A stretch of 64,000 nucleotides of DNA from Patescibacteria group bacterium (GCA_028716665.1 JAQUPP010000001.1:37313-101312); one strand, 5' to 3'. Numbered from the stretch's first letter, positions 1-10,052 are shown. The notes: generated by a model not told the origin, from the sequence alone. Made by a program: numbers and translations.

Positions 1-1
1 T

Positions 2-178
2 TTAATCGGCAGAATGAAAGTAAAAGGGGTAACGCTTGTTCCTCTCAAAGCTTATACCAAAGGCGGCCTCGTAAAAATAGAATGCGGCTTGGCGAGAGGA
101 AAAAAACAATGGGATAAGCGCGAAGCCATCAAAGAGCGGGATTACAAAAGACGAGAACAAAAAGACCTTGACATTTAA
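2..178 (+). CDS. smpB: SsrA-binding protein SmpB, C-terminal fragment (5' end outside window)
   Basis: Frame 2 translates ...[48 protein letters not shown]..., stop at 176-178. Typical SmpB C-terminus, and it is immediately followed by tmRNA. Confidence 0.8.
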   Translation, partial: LIGRMKVKGVTLVPLKAYTKGGLVKIECGLARGKKQWDKREAIKERDYKRREQKDLDI

Positions 179-261
179 TTTAAAAGGTATATAATATTAC
201 TATTGATCTTTAAAAAGATATCCATCACAAATTCTACCTGTCGGTAGACAGGATATTTTAT

Positions 262-639
262 GGGGATGCTCAAAAATTGACGGTTGATTTGGATAAAAAT
301 TACCTTCCGTACATTCCTATTTTTTAATAGGAAATAAATCAGAAATACGTTAATTTTCTACGGCAGATATAAATGCCAACACAAATTTAAACTTTGCTAT
401 AGCTTAACGCTGTAGCCGTTAGGATTTACAGTGCCGATGCTCGAATCATGACGTATTATATTATCGGATAAGTTAATCCAGTCGCTTGTCTGGATTTTCC
501 GAAAACCAAAATCAAGCTCTGATTAAAAAGGTTTCGTTCAGTTATCACTTTTTAATCAAGAAAATAACTGAAAAATGAAGGTAAACGTTTTTATCTAAAA
601 TTTTCCCGGACGCGGGGGAGGTACCCGCCATCTCCACCA
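262..639 (+). ncRNA. ssrA: tmRNA (ssrA), standard one-piece form
   Basis: 5' GGGGAUG pairs with 3' CAUCUCC-ACCA, including a G3.U70 wobble (the alanine identity element). The D-loop analog UUGACGG is present. The 3' end GGACGCGGGGGAGGUACCCGCCAUCUCCACCA resembles the E. coli tmRNA T-arm and acceptor. An internal tag reading frame at 375-407 (gcc aac aca aat tta aac ttt gct ata gct taa) gives ANTNLNFAIA*. Confidence 0.85.
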
Positions 640-819
640 ATTTTCTTCCCGCTGAAGCGGGACCAGAAAATTGAGTATCCCGTATCAAATCTATAAATAA
701 ATTTTATAATAAGATGAAATAAGCCGCAGGCGAGCACTGTGCTTCCAGCCTTATTTTATCACAACATTTATTCGGATTTCGGTACTGGGACACCATAACA
801 AACATAACAATTTAAAATC

Positions 820-1329
820 GTGAAATTTTATCGCACAAATAAACAAATAACTGCCCTCAAAGTTCGCCTAATCGATGAAAACGGCGTAAATGTCGGCACT
901 TTAGAAACTTCAAAAGCCCTTGAATCAGCCCGTGAAAAAGGGTTGGATTTAATGGAACTTGATCCGACGGCCGATCCCCCGATTGCCAAGATTGTAGATT
1001 TCAGTCAGTTTAAATACAATTTGCTTAAAAAACAAAAGAAAGAAAGAAAATTGCAAAAATCAGGCGGCGTTAAAGGTATCAGATTAAGCTCTCGCATTGG
1101 CCAACATGACTTGGAACTTAAAGTTGAAAAAGCCAAAGAATTCATAGCTGAAGGCCATAAGGTTCAAGCAGAATTATTTCTGCGCGGCCGAGAAAAATTA
1201 CACGCTGATTTGGCTGAAAAATTAATCAAACAATTTATTGAACTTTTAGGAGAAAATATTATAATAGAACAACCACTTAAAAGACAGGGCGGCAGACTTA
1301 GCGCCTTAGTCGTTAAAAAAAATATATGA
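820..1329 (+). CDS. infC: translation initiation factor IF-3
   Basis: The 169-aa product has an IF-3 N-terminal and C-terminal domain pattern. Start appears to be GTG at 820 (non-AUG starts are typical for infC). The stop overlaps the rpmI start as ATGA. Confidence 0.9.
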   Translation: MKFYRTNKQITALKVRLIDENGVNVGTLETSKALESAREKGLDLMELDPTADPPIAKIVDFSQFKYNLLKKQKKERKLQKSGGVKGIRLSSRIGQHDLELKVEKAKEFIAEGHKVQAELFLRGREKLHADLAEKLIKQFIELLGENIIIEQPLKRQGGRLSALVVKKNI

Positions 1330-1505
1330 AAACAAATAAAGCAATTGTCAAAAGATTCAGATTAACGAAAACGGGCAAGGTCGTGCATAAAACTTGCGGG
1401 CAGGATCATTTTAATGCTCGAGAAAAAGGCAGTAAGACTAAAAGTAAAAGAGCTGATAAGTCTGTTTATAAAACTTACGCCAAAACTGTAAAAAGTTATA
1501 TTTAA
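1326..1505 (+). CDS. rpmI: 50S ribosomal protein L35
   Basis: 59-aa basic protein MKTNKAIVKRFRLTKTGKVVHKTCGQDHFNAREKGSKTKSKRADKSVYKTYAKTVKSYI. It sits between infC and rplT, the canonical operon order. It was not in the ORF track because it is under 60 aa. Confidence 0.85.
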   Translation: MKTNKAIVKRFRLTKTGKVVHKTCGQDHFNAREKGSKTKSKRADKSVYKTYAKTVKSYI

Positions 1506-1524
1506 AAAATAATTTAAAAAAAAT

Positions 1525-1872
1525 ATGCCTAGAGTAAAACGCGGTTTAGCCCATCTTAAAAGAAGAAAAAATGTCCTTAAAGAAGCAAAGGGTTTTAAAT
1601 GGGGCCGAAAAAATAAATTTAAATTAGCTAAAATCGCTCTTTGGAGAGCCGGTAATTTTGCTTATCAAGGCAGAAAAGTCAAAAAAAGAACAGCTCGATC
1701 TTTATGGCTGATCAAAATCAATGCCGGTTGCCGAGAGAATGGAACTGTTTATTCTAAATTTATTGACGGCTTGAAAAAGAATAAAATAGAATTGGACAGA
1801 AAAACTTTGGCTAATTTGGCTTGCAATTATCCGAAAGTTTTCACCGAATTGGTTAAATCCATAAAAAAATAA
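1525..1872 (+). CDS. rplT: 50S ribosomal protein L20
   Basis: MPRVKRG...ARSLWLIKINAG... is the L20 signature, and it is the third gene of the infC-rpmI-rplT operon. Confidence 0.9.
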   Translation: MPRVKRGLAHLKRRKNVLKEAKGFKWGRKNKFKLAKIALWRAGNFAYQGRKVKKRTARSLWLIKINAGCRENGTVYSKFIDGLKKNKIELDRKTLANLACNYPKVFTELVKSIKK

Positions 1873-1880
1873 TACCTTAA

Positions 1881-1926
1881 AAACAAATACTGCTTCCTTT
1901 TTATAAGAGCAGTATTTGTTTTTGGG
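1881..1926 (+). terminator. rho-independent terminator after rplT
   Basis: 14-bp stem aaacaaatactgct / agcagtatttgttt with a T-rich tail. Confidence 0.6.
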
Positions 1927-1929
1927 GGC

Positions 1930-1957
1930 TTGTCAGAAAATAAAAATTTGATATAAT
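1930..1957 (+). promoter_or_regulatory. sigma70-like promoter for tRNA-Asp
   Basis: TTGTCA, 16-nt spacer, TATAAT, located 9 nt upstream of the tRNA 5' end. Confidence 0.45.
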
Positions 1958-1966
1958 AATTTTAAT

Positions 1967-2040
1967 GGTCCGGTAGATCAACTGGTTAGATCGCATCCCT
2001 GTCACGGATGAGGTTGCGGGTTCGAGCCCCGTCCGGACCG
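1967..2040 (+). tRNA. tRNA-Asp (GTC)
   Basis: Cloverleaf with acceptor ggtccgg/ccggacc, anticodon loop ctGTCac and T-loop ttcgagc. CCA is not encoded. Confidence 0.85.
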
Positions 2041-2074
2041 TATTTTATTTAAAATAAATAATTAAATAAAAATT

Positions 2075-2911
2075 ATGAACAAAACATCCGCTTTATCTAT
2101 TCTTTTAGTTTTAATAATAGCAGGAGGTTTAACATATTATTTATTCACACTGCAAACGTCAGTTGACAATCTTCAAGAAAGAATTTACCAAATAGAAACA
2201 AAAAATCAAGTTCAACAAAGCATGGATCAATTAAAAACAGACATTGTTAAAGAATTTAAAAAAGGTGATGAAAATGAAGTTATACGTCGCTTGCAATATA
2301 TTTTAAGCCAATATCCTCAGATTTATCCCGAAGGTCAGGTCACGGGAGTTTATGACGATAAAACTGTTCTGGCAGTTCAAAAATTTCAAGAAAAAAATGA
2401 TTTAAAAATATCCGGTGTTTTAGACGAACCGACACAAAATAAACTTGTAGAAACAACTTGTACTCCAACCTCTATCCCTGAAGAATTATCTCAACCGCGA
2501 GATGGCAATGAAAATGAAATTCTTTTACTTCTCAATGATGAAGGGAAAAGGTTCTATGCCCAGTCAAAGGCTGTCCGCGATACTTATCCGGGAAATCATC
2601 CTTATAAACATTTCTTACTTATAGGTTTTTCGGTGGATTATATGGATCAAGAAGGTTATTTTCACCCGCCAGCCGGCAGAAATTGTTTTGTGCCCAATCC
2701 TGATTTATATTCTGATATTCCCTCTGTTATCCCCGACAAATTTTATCGATATGTCAAAGATTGCGCAAATAAAACAACCATTCAGCGCCAAGTACTCGAC
2801 ACCACTGGTGGCTATATGAATTATATTGGCCGCGATCGTTATCAAGAACAATGCATTGATGATGGCAGTTTTGACAATTATTACGTAGAAAGCACCAAGA
2901 AATTAGAATAA
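2075..2911 (+). CDS. membrane-anchored protein with a putative peptidoglycan-binding domain
   Basis: N-terminal transmembrane helix. The segment GVYDDKTVLAVQKFQEKNDLKISGVLDEPTQNKL resembles PG_binding_1 repeats. Confidence 0.45.
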   Translation: MNKTSALSILLVLIIAGGLTYYLFTLQTSVDNLQERIYQIETKNQVQQSMDQLKTDIVKEFKKGDENEVIRRLQYILSQYPQIYPEGQVTGVYDDKTVLAVQKFQEKNDLKISGVLDEPTQNKLVETTCTPTSIPEELSQPRDGNENEILLLLNDEGKRFYAQSKAVRDTYPGNHPYKHFLLIGFSVDYMDQEGYFHPPAGRNCFVPNPDLYSDIPSVIPDKFYRYVKDCANKTTIQRQVLDTTGGYMNYIGRDRYQEQCIDDGSFDNYYVESTKKLE

Positions 2912-2929
2912 TAAAATTTACTTTAAATA

Positions 2930-2970
2930 AAAAATCGGCAATTATAAAATGTAATTGCCGATTTTTTATT
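2930..2970. terminator. bidirectional terminator hairpin between convergent genes
   Basis: aatcggcaatta / taattgccgatt stem flanked by A and T runs. Confidence 0.55.
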
Positions 2971-2976
2971 TTCTTA

Positions 2977-3699
2977 TTAAGAACGAGAGATTTTTTCAAA
3001 ATATTTCAAACCATTTTCGTCTTTACCGGCTTCCACAAAATCTTCAAAAACAACCGGAATAATCATTTTAACTTCTTCCAATAATTTACCCATTACTTCT
3101 CTGATTTCCCAATGAGCCGGTCGAGCAGTTCTCATTTTAAAAATATGCCGCCATTCACGAAAATTCGCTGAAACAACAATTTGAGATTTAATCGCCGTGG
3201 GCAGAATTTGTCTGGCATCTTGCGGCAACCAACCTGCCTTTCTTAATCCTCGATAAAATTCTTCCGTTTCTTGAAGCATTTCGGCCATGGACATTTCTCG
3301 GCCGTCAGCCAATTTAACTTTTTCATTTTCATCTTTATGAGCCGGAACAACGCATTTTAATTCAAATTTTTCCAAGTCCACTTCCGCGCCCGGTTTGGCA
3401 TAATCCACATAACGGGTTGATTCTTGAGAAATACCCATTATACGATGGCGAACCAATTCATGAGTCAAGCCGCGGGAACAATCATTAAATTGAACAATCA
3501 TCAAACTGTGCTCCATTACGCTTTCGTGCCCGAGTTTTAAAATCATTTTAACGAATTTTTCCGCGGTTTCCTGAGTTATTTCTTGAGCAACTGATTGATA
3601 ACAAGTCCTCCCCGCTTTTTCAATGGTTAACAACTGCGATTTTAAATTTTCTTTAGGCGTTAAAATAACAAAATTTCCGGCACTTTTAAGTATTTTCAT
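2977..3699 (-). CDS. thyX: flavin-dependent thymidylate synthase ThyX
   Basis: ThyX signature RHR...S motif (VRHRIMGISQESTRY) and length 240 aa. Confidence 0.8.
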   Translation of the reverse strand: MKILKSAGNFVILTPKENLKSQLLTIEKAGRTCYQSVAQEITQETAEKFVKMILKLGHESVMEHSLMIVQFNDCSRGLTHELVRHRIMGISQESTRYVDYAKPGAEVDLEKFELKCVVPAHKDENEKVKLADGREMSMAEMLQETEEFYRGLRKAGWLPQDARQILPTAIKSQIVVSANFREWRHIFKMRTARPAHWEIREVMGKLLEEVKMIIPVVFEDFVEAGKDENGLKYFEKISRS

Positions 3700-3921
3700 A
3701 CCAGGTAGTAGAACTTTGACAATTTTTGTCCAATCATCAAAGTTTTAAATTAATTAATTAATTAAATTATTTTAGAAAACCTTTGTTTGTTATATGAATT
3801 TTTTGTCCGACCAAAAATCAACAAAATTAAAGCTTTCAAACAGATTAAGTACGCAATATAGATATTACCAGGTAAAACTTTTTAGCTGCGAAGGACAAGT
3901 CAAAGTCCACTACCTGGCATA
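3698..3921 (-). repeat. structured repeat element copy 1 (about 224 bp) forming the thyX 5' leader
   Basis: Near-perfect terminal inverted repeats ccaggtagtagaactttgac ... gtcaaagtccactacctggcata. The thyX ATG (revcomp of 3697-3699) abuts the arm. About 90% identical to copy 2. Confidence 0.75.
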
Positions 3922-3925
3922 TTTT

Positions 3926-5044
3926 TTAAATTATATTTTTAAATGTTTTAAAAGTTTTTTCAGCGCATTTTTGCCAAGAAAATTCTTTTACCCTTTCTAA
4001 CCCTTTTTCTATCAGCACTTTTCTCAAATCTTGCTCATTAATTATTCTTTTAATCGCTTCAATCATTTGCAATGAATTTTCGGGGTTAAAATACAGAGCT
4101 GCGTCTTGAGCGACTTCGGGCAAAGAACCTTGATTTGAGGCGACAATCGGACAACCGGAGGCCATTGCTTCAAGTAAAGGGATACCGAATCCTTCATAAA
4201 AAGAAGGAAAAACAAACGCTTCTGCTCCGGCGTATAAATAAACCAAGTCTTTCGGTTCAACATAATTAATTTGACGAATTTTTTCTCCCAAAGATTTAAT
4301 TTGTGATTTCGCTTCTTGATAACCGAATCCCGGGCTTCCGGCCAAAACCAAATTTAGAATTTGGAATTTAGAATTTAGAATTTGGAGCTGCTGATAGGCG
4401 TTAATCAATCCTTTGATATTTTTCTTTTTCTCCAGCCGGCCGACAAAAAAAAGATAAGGCTTTTTAATCTGATATTTAATCAAAATTTCTTCTATTTTAT
4501 TTTTATCTTCAATCAAATTATAATTTTCACTGTATCCCAAAGGGATGACGATTATTTTATTCGGATCTGTTTTATATAAATTTATTATTTCCGTTTTTGT
4601 AAATTCCGACGGAGTGATAATTTTATCGGCATATTTGGCGGCAAAAGAATGAACCAGTGAGTAATAAATTCTCTGCCCAAAAGTATAAGCTTTTGGGAAA
4701 CGCTTGAATCCAAGATCGTGAATGGTCATTATTTTTTTAGCTCGGCAAAAAATAGGCAAACAATGAGCCGGAACAAATAAAATATCCGGCGGATTAATCA
4801 ACATTTCCCAAGATAATCTCTTCTGAGTCCAAAAATATTTCAAGGGCCAAGATAAAATTTTAGTTTTCCAGCCGGCCGGCATAATTCCCAAATCTCCTTT
4901 TAATTCTTCCGACGCGTATAAAATAAATTTATCCCCCTGAGACAGAGGGATTTTTTTTAATTCTTGAATCAAATGGTAGGAATACCATTCAACGCCTGTT
5001 TTTTGCGGGCGATTTGCCCTCGAAGCATCAATGCCGATAATCAT
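3926..5044 (-). CDS. glycosyltransferase family 4 (GT-B)
   Basis: C-terminal EX7E-like motif ...FYEGFGIPLLEAMASGCPIVASNQGSLPEV. Confidence 0.75.
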   Translation of the reverse strand: MIIGIDASRANRPQKTGVEWYSYHLIQELKKIPLSQGDKFILYASEELKGDLGIMPAGWKTKILSWPLKYFWTQKRLSWEMLINPPDILFVPAHCLPIFCRAKKIMTIHDLGFKRFPKAYTFGQRIYYSLVHSFAAKYADKIITPSEFTKTEIINLYKTDPNKIIVIPLGYSENYNLIEDKNKIEEILIKYQIKKPYLFFVGRLEKKKNIKGLINAYQQLQILNSKFQILNLVLAGSPGFGYQEAKSQIKSLGEKIRQINYVEPKDLVYLYAGAEAFVFPSFYEGFGIPLLEAMASGCPIVASNQGSLPEVAQDAALYFNPENSLQMIEAIKRIINEQDLRKVLIEKGLERVKEFSWQKCAEKTFKTFKNII

Positions 5045-5047
5045 AAA

Positions 5048-6055
5048 TTATTTCATTGCCATAAGACTCTTTTTATAAGAATCCAAATTTTCCAAAGCTA
5101 TACCTGTTCCTCGAGCTACGCAAAGTAACGGTTCTTCGGCTACATAAGCCGGCACGCCGGTAACTTGAGTGAAAAGTTTATCTAAATTTCTGATTAAAGC
5201 CGTACCTCCGGATAAAACCATGCCTTTTTCCATAATATCAGCCGCCAATTCGGGCGGAGTTTCATAAAGCACGGATTTTATCGCCGAAACAATAGCATTA
5301 AGTTCATCTTGAATGGCTTCTGTTATATCATCAGAATCAATGGTAATAATTTTAGGTAAACCGGTAATCATGTCTCTGCCCTTAATATCCATTTTCAATT
5401 TTTTTTCTAACGGCAAGGCCGAACCGATTCTGATTTTAATATCTTCGGCCGTTCTTTCACCAATCGCCAAATTATATTTTTTTCGGATGAAAACCATAAT
5501 CGCCGCATCTAATTTATTTCCAGCCACCCTGATGGAAGTTGAAGCAACAATTCCGCCCAAAGATATAACCGCTGATTCGGTTGTTCCTCCACCCATATCA
5601 ACAATCATATGTCCCGAAGCCGAACCAATGGGAATATTCGCGCCAATAGCCGAAGCAATCGGTTCTTTAATAATATAAGCCGCTCGAGCTCCGGCCGCCA
5701 TCGTCGCATCAATTACTGCTCTTCTTTCAGTTGAAGTAATGCCACCCGGCACTGCCACCATAACTTCCGGTCTGAAAAGACGAAAACGTCCGATCGCTTT
5801 ACCGATAAAATATCTTAACATGGCTTCAGTTGTTTTGTAATCCGCAATAACGCCATCTTTCAATGGTTTTTTTGCCACAATTGAATCAGGGGTTCGTCCG
5901 ATCATGGCCTTGGCTTCATCGCCAACAGCCAAGACGCTATTATCTGCCGTAGAAATTGCCACCACCGAAGGTTCATCGGTAACAATTCCTCGCCCTTGCA
6001 CATAAACCAAGATATTGGCCGTCCCTAAATCTATACCAATTTTTTTAGAAAACAT
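5048..6055 (-). CDS. mreB: rod shape-determining protein MreB
   Basis: [14 protein letters not shown]..., actin-like ATPase motifs, 335 aa. Confidence 0.9.
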   Translation of the reverse strand: MFSKKIGIDLGTANILVYVQGRGIVTDEPSVVAISTADNSVLAVGDEAKAMIGRTPDSIVAKKPLKDGVIADYKTTEAMLRYFIGKAIGRFRLFRPEVMVAVPGGITSTERRAVIDATMAAGARAAYIIKEPIASAIGANIPIGSASGHMIVDMGGGTTESAVISLGGIVASTSIRVAGNKLDAAIMVFIRKKYNLAIGERTAEDIKIRIGSALPLEKKLKMDIKGRDMITGLPKIITIDSDDITEAIQDELNAIVSAIKSVLYETPPELAADIMEKGMVLSGGTALIRNLDKLFTQVTGVPAYVAEEPLLCVARGTGIALENLDSYKKSLMAMK

Positions 6056-6067
6056 AATAAATAATAT

Positions 6068-7126
6068 TTACGCTTTTAAATTTTTTTCCTCAAGTTCAAC
6101 TTCTCTTTTTTCTTTAAAATAATCACGGATCAAAATACTGATAACTGTGGCAATCGGAACAGAAATTAACATTCCGATCGGGCCGGCCAATCTTCCGCCA
6201 ATTAATAAAACGATCAAAGCCAAGGCCGGATTAAGTCCGACAACTTTATACATTATATTTGGAGAAATTATAAGATGCCCAATTTCTTGAATAATAATAT
6301 AGAGAATTATCACCAATAAACCTAAAAGCGGTGATTGAACAAAAGCGATAATTACCGCCGGAATAGCTCCTAAAGCAAAACCTATAAATGGAATCATCTC
6401 TCCGAAGCCGGTAATAATGGCTAAAATTAAAGCGAATTTAACTTTTAAAAAGAATAAGCCGATATAAGTTAGAATACCTATAATCAAGCAAATTAAGAAT
6501 TGACCTATCGCCCATCCGCTGACTTCTTTCTGGGATAATCTCATAAAATGCTCAAAAAAATGGCGATATTTTATCGGAATTATTAAATTCAAATAATTAT
6601 AGAAAGTGTGTTTCTGAATAGACAAATAAAAAGATATTATTAGAACCATGAATAAGGAAACAATCTGACCAATAGTATTTCCCAATAAAGAAAACATATT
6701 TGTGTCTCCCAGAACTTTCTGATTTAACCATTGATTTCCTAATTTTAAAAATTGTTCTTGGACACCTGCTGGTATTTTTACTACAATTGATTGAAAAACA
6801 TTCGGAATTTGATCAATAAAAATTTTCCCTTGTTCTACAATAGTCGGCCAAACGGCAAAACTGATACCGGTTAAAATCAATAGAATAAACAAGTAGACAA
6901 TTAATGCTCCCAGCCAACGGGGTAATTTTTTTCTTTCAAAAAAATTAACCGTGGGGTTAATAATCACGGCCAAAAAAACCGCGATTAAAACCATAAAAAT
7001 AATGTCGCGGATAAAATACAAAAACCAAAAACCCAAAAGAACTAAAACAACTTTAACAACTGATAAAAAATCTATACTAAAAACATTTGTATTTTTTGAA
7101 CTTGAATTATTTTGATTTTCAAACAT
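6068..7126 (-). CDS. AI-2E family (PerM/UPF0118-like) polytopic membrane transporter
   Basis: About 8 predicted transmembrane segments, about 350 aa, Gly/Pro-rich C-terminal helices typical of AI-2E permeases. Confidence 0.5.
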   Translation of the reverse strand: MFENQNNSSSKNTNVFSIDFLSVVKVVLVLLGFWFLYFIRDIIFMVLIAVFLAVIINPTVNFFERKKLPRWLGALIVYLFILLILTGISFAVWPTIVEQGKIFIDQIPNVFQSIVVKIPAGVQEQFLKLGNQWLNQKVLGDTNMFSLLGNTIGQIVSLFMVLIISFYLSIQKHTFYNYLNLIIPIKYRHFFEHFMRLSQKEVSGWAIGQFLICLIIGILTYIGLFFLKVKFALILAIITGFGEMIPFIGFALGAIPAVIIAFVQSPLLGLLVIILYIIIQEIGHLIISPNIMYKVVGLNPALALIVLLIGGRLAGPIGMLISVPIATVISILIRDYFKEKREVELEEKNLKA

Positions 7127-7340
7127 ACCAGGTAGTAGAACTTTGACAATTTTTGTGAAATTACCAAAGTTTTAAATTATTAATTAAATTATTTTAGGAA
7201 ACCTTTTTTATTTTATGAATTTTTTGTCCGACCAAAAATCAACAAATTAAATCTTCAACGATATGTTAGATGCGCAAAATATATACCAGATAAAACTTTT
7301 TAGTTGTGAGAGGACAAGTCAAAGTCCACTACCTGGCATA
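7125..7340 (-). repeat. structured repeat element copy 2 (about 216 bp) forming the leader of the AI-2E-like gene
   Basis: Same terminal inverted repeats and internal sequence as copy 1. The gene start codon (7124-7126, revcomp) directly abuts the arm. Confidence 0.75.
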
Positions 7341-7366
7341 AATTTTGATTTATATTTATACTTTAA

Positions 7367-8647
7367 TTATATCTCATCTTGCAAAATCCGCAAGAATTGG
7401 CGATTTTCTTTAAATGGCCCGATCATGGCCAAACTTAAATTTTTGTTTTTAAAAAGCTGGTTGGCTATTCTTTGAATATCAGATTGGCTGACCATTTTTA
7501 TCTTTTTTAATTTTTCTTTCGGTTCAATAATCTTGCCAACCAATAATAATTGCCTGCCGTACCATGAAGCCAAAGTGGCCGATTCTTCAAAAGAAAGCTT
7601 CATTGTCCCTTCAATGTAATCTTTAGCCCGAGTCAGTTCTTCTTTGCTTACGCCTTGTTTTTTAATTTTATTTAATTCTTCCAAAATAACTTTTAACGTT
7701 TCTTCCGTTCTGTTTTTATCAACACCGGCTCGAATTTCAAAACTGCCCGTATCTTGATAAACGCCCAATTCCATTTCCACGAAATAAGCCAGTCCTCTTT
7801 TTACTCTTATCTCGGTGAAAAGCCGCGAACTCATATTACCGCCCAAAATAAGGCTTAAAACACTAGCCGCTTCCAAATCGGGATGATGATAAGAATAGGC
7901 CAGGCCGCCTAAAGCGATTTGAACCTGATTGGTATCTTTGAATAAAATATTCGCTTTGGGCCAAGATTTTTTTTCTTCATTTTTAAAAAGCGAAAAATCA
8001 GTTTTATTTTTTTTGCCCTGATAAGCACCGAAGTATTTTTTAACCAATTTAATGGCTTCTTGATTTTTGATATTGCCCGCCACCACCACGATCATCTGAT
8101 TCGGCTGATAAAATTTTTCTTTATAAGCCATTAATTTTTGCTGGCTCATTTTTTGAACAGTCGGCATATCCCCGCTTACCAACCAACTTAAAGGATGATT
8201 TCCGAATAATACTTTTTCAAACATATCTTCAATATGAAGCAAAGGATTTTCTTCATACATTTTAACTTCCTCCAAAATAACTTTTTTTTCTCTTTCAAAT
8301 TCTTCTTTGTCAAAAACCGAATTAAAAACCATATCGGATAAAATATCAAAAGCTTTTTCCGTTTTATTATCAACCGCTTTTATCCAATAACCGGTATGAT
8401 CTTTGGAAGTAAACGCATTATATCTTGCTCCCAAACTGTCCAATTCTTTCGCCACCAATAAAGAAGACGGCCGACGCTTTGTGCCTTTGAACATCATGTG
8501 TTCAATAAAATGAGAGGCGCCGTTTAAATCCTTGGTTTCATAACGCGAACCAACCGGCAAGAGCACCTCAATCGTTACTGACTCGGCATTTTTAACCGGT
8601 ACTGTAATCAAGCGAAGGCCTTGAGATAATTTTGTTTGAAAGTACAT
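7367..8647 (-). CDS. M16 family zinc peptidase (pitrilysin/insulinase-like)
   Basis: Inverted zinc-binding motif HFIEH (HxxEH) near the N-terminus, 426 aa. Confidence 0.75.
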   Translation of the reverse strand: MYFQTKLSQGLRLITVPVKNAESVTIEVLLPVGSRYETKDLNGASHFIEHMMFKGTKRRPSSLLVAKELDSLGARYNAFTSKDHTGYWIKAVDNKTEKAFDILSDMVFNSVFDKEEFEREKKVILEEVKMYEENPLLHIEDMFEKVLFGNHPLSWLVSGDMPTVQKMSQQKLMAYKEKFYQPNQMIVVVAGNIKNQEAIKLVKKYFGAYQGKKNKTDFSLFKNEEKKSWPKANILFKDTNQVQIALGGLAYSYHHPDLEAASVLSLILGGNMSSRLFTEIRVKRGLAYFVEMELGVYQDTGSFEIRAGVDKNRTEETLKVILEELNKIKKQGVSKEELTRAKDYIEGTMKLSFEESATLASWYGRQLLLVGKIIEPKEKLKKIKMVSQSDIQRIANQLFKNKNLSLAMIGPFKENRQFLRILQDEI

Positions 8648-8648
8648 A

Positions 8649-9980
8649 TTAATTTTCTAATTTATCTTTTAACCAACCGGTTAATTCTGAAATTAAAATT
8701 CTTTCCTGTTTCATGGTGTCGCGGTCGCGAACCGTCACTTTTTTATCTTCCAAACTTTCAAAATCAACAGTCACGCAATAAGGCGTGCCGATTTCATCTT
8801 GGCGGCGATAACGTTTTCCGATAGAAGCCGTTTCGTCATATTGGCACATAAAATATTTTTGCAAATCGTGATAAATTTCTTTGGCCGGTTGAGATAATTC
8901 TTCTTTTTTTGATAAAGGCAAAATTGCCACCTTAATCGGGGCTAAATTTTTATGAAGGCGTAAAACTATTTCCGTTTCATGAACTGCATTTTCGCCGCCG
9001 GATCTGGTTTCAACTTCATCATAAGCATCAATTAAAAACAAAAGAACAGCTCGATCCGCGCCCATGGAAACTTCGTCAACGTAAGGAATGAATTTTTCTT
9101 TTGTTTCTTCGTTTGTGTAATTCATGTCCACGCCGCTGTATTTTCCGTGCCGCGACAAATCCCAATCCCCGCGATTATGAATGCCGGCGAATTCGCTCCA
9201 ATCGTCAAACGGTGTTTTGTATTCCACGTCCCAGGCCTCTTTGGCGTAATGCGCCAATTCGTCTTTTTCATGCTGGCGCAAACGCAAATTTTCCGGACGA
9301 TAAACCAAATTTTTATACCAATCAAAAGTCCAATCCTTCCATTCTTGATAATATTCATTCGCTTCTTTGGGCGAAACAAAATATTGCATTTCCATTTGTT
9401 CAAACTCGCGCGTTCTGAAAATAAAATTTCCGGGGGTTATTTCGTTTCTAAATGCCTTGCCGACTTGAGCAACGCCAAACGGCAATTTTTTTCTCATTGA
9501 TTCTTTAACATTTAAATAATTCAAATAAATTCCTTGGCAAGTTTCACCACGCATATAAGCTTCGTCTTGAGAACCTTCAACCGCGCCTAAATGAGTTTTC
9601 ATTAAGAGATTGAATTTCTTGCCTTCGGTGAGTTCGCCGCCGCAATCCGGGCATTTTTTGCCTTCAATTTTATCAGACCTGAATCTCTGATGGCACTTTT
9701 TACATTCCACCAACGGATCGGTAAAATTTTCCAAATGTCCCGACGCTTCCCAAACAATTTTGGGCGTTAAAATAGAGCTGTCCAATCCCACCACGTCATC
9801 TCTTTTTTGAACTATTTCTTTCCACCAAGTTCGCTTGATGTTATTTTTCAATTCAACGCCAAGAGGGCCAAAATCCCAAGAATTGGCCAATCCGCCGTAT
9901 ATTTCAGAACCGGGGAAGATAAATCCTCGGCGTTTGCACAACGAAATTATTTTATCCATTTTTGTTAGTTCTTTTGCCAT
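8649..9980 (-). CDS. glyQS: glycine--tRNA ligase (alpha2 type)
   Basis: N-terminal ...RRGFIFPGSEIYGG...WDFGPLG..., class II aaRS motifs, 443 aa. Confidence 0.9.
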   Translation of the reverse strand: MAKELTKMDKIISLCKRRGFIFPGSEIYGGLANSWDFGPLGVELKNNIKRTWWKEIVQKRDDVVGLDSSILTPKIVWEASGHLENFTDPLVECKKCHQRFRSDKIEGKKCPDCGGELTEGKKFNLLMKTHLGAVEGSQDEAYMRGETCQGIYLNYLNVKESMRKKLPFGVAQVGKAFRNEITPGNFIFRTREFEQMEMQYFVSPKEANEYYQEWKDWTFDWYKNLVYRPENLRLRQHEKDELAHYAKEAWDVEYKTPFDDWSEFAGIHNRGDWDLSRHGKYSGVDMNYTNEETKEKFIPYVDEVSMGADRAVLLFLIDAYDEVETRSGGENAVHETEIVLRLHKNLAPIKVAILPLSKKEELSQPAKEIYHDLQKYFMCQYDETASIGKRYRRQDEIGTPYCVTVDFESLEDKKVTVRDRDTMKQERILISELTGWLKDKLEN

Positions 9981-10011
9981 ATGACATTATTATAACGCTT
10001 TTTTAAAAAAA

Positions 10012-10052
10012 GAAAAGAGGGGCACGTCTGACCGACGGCCCCTTTTTTTATT
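10012..10052. terminator. bidirectional terminator hairpin
   Basis: ggggc-acgtctgaccgac-gcccc stem flanked by an A-run and a T-run. Confidence 0.55.

Noticed and set aside
180-261. Promoter for tmRNA (TATAAT at 189-194)
   Set aside because: The spacing to the tmRNA 5' end (about 68 nt) is too long for that box. No convincing -35/-10 pair could be placed at the expected position, so none is reported.
3794-4000. 68-aa ORF (and the analogous 7263-7475 ORF) as genes
   Set aside because: They fall within the conserved structured repeat copies, and their similarity is at nucleotide rather than protein level. They are best explained as chance frames in the repeat.
4346-4395. Short tandem repeat aatttagaatttgg x3 considered as a CRISPR or VNTR
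   Set aside because: It lies inside the GT4 coding sequence (encoding ...ILNSKFQILN...), is too short and irregular, and has no spacers or cas genes.
9101-9500. Overlapping ORFs 9101-9418(+), 9122-9403(-), 9147-9500(+) inside glyQS
   Set aside because: They are embedded in the well-supported GlyRS reading frame with low-complexity translations. They are spurious.
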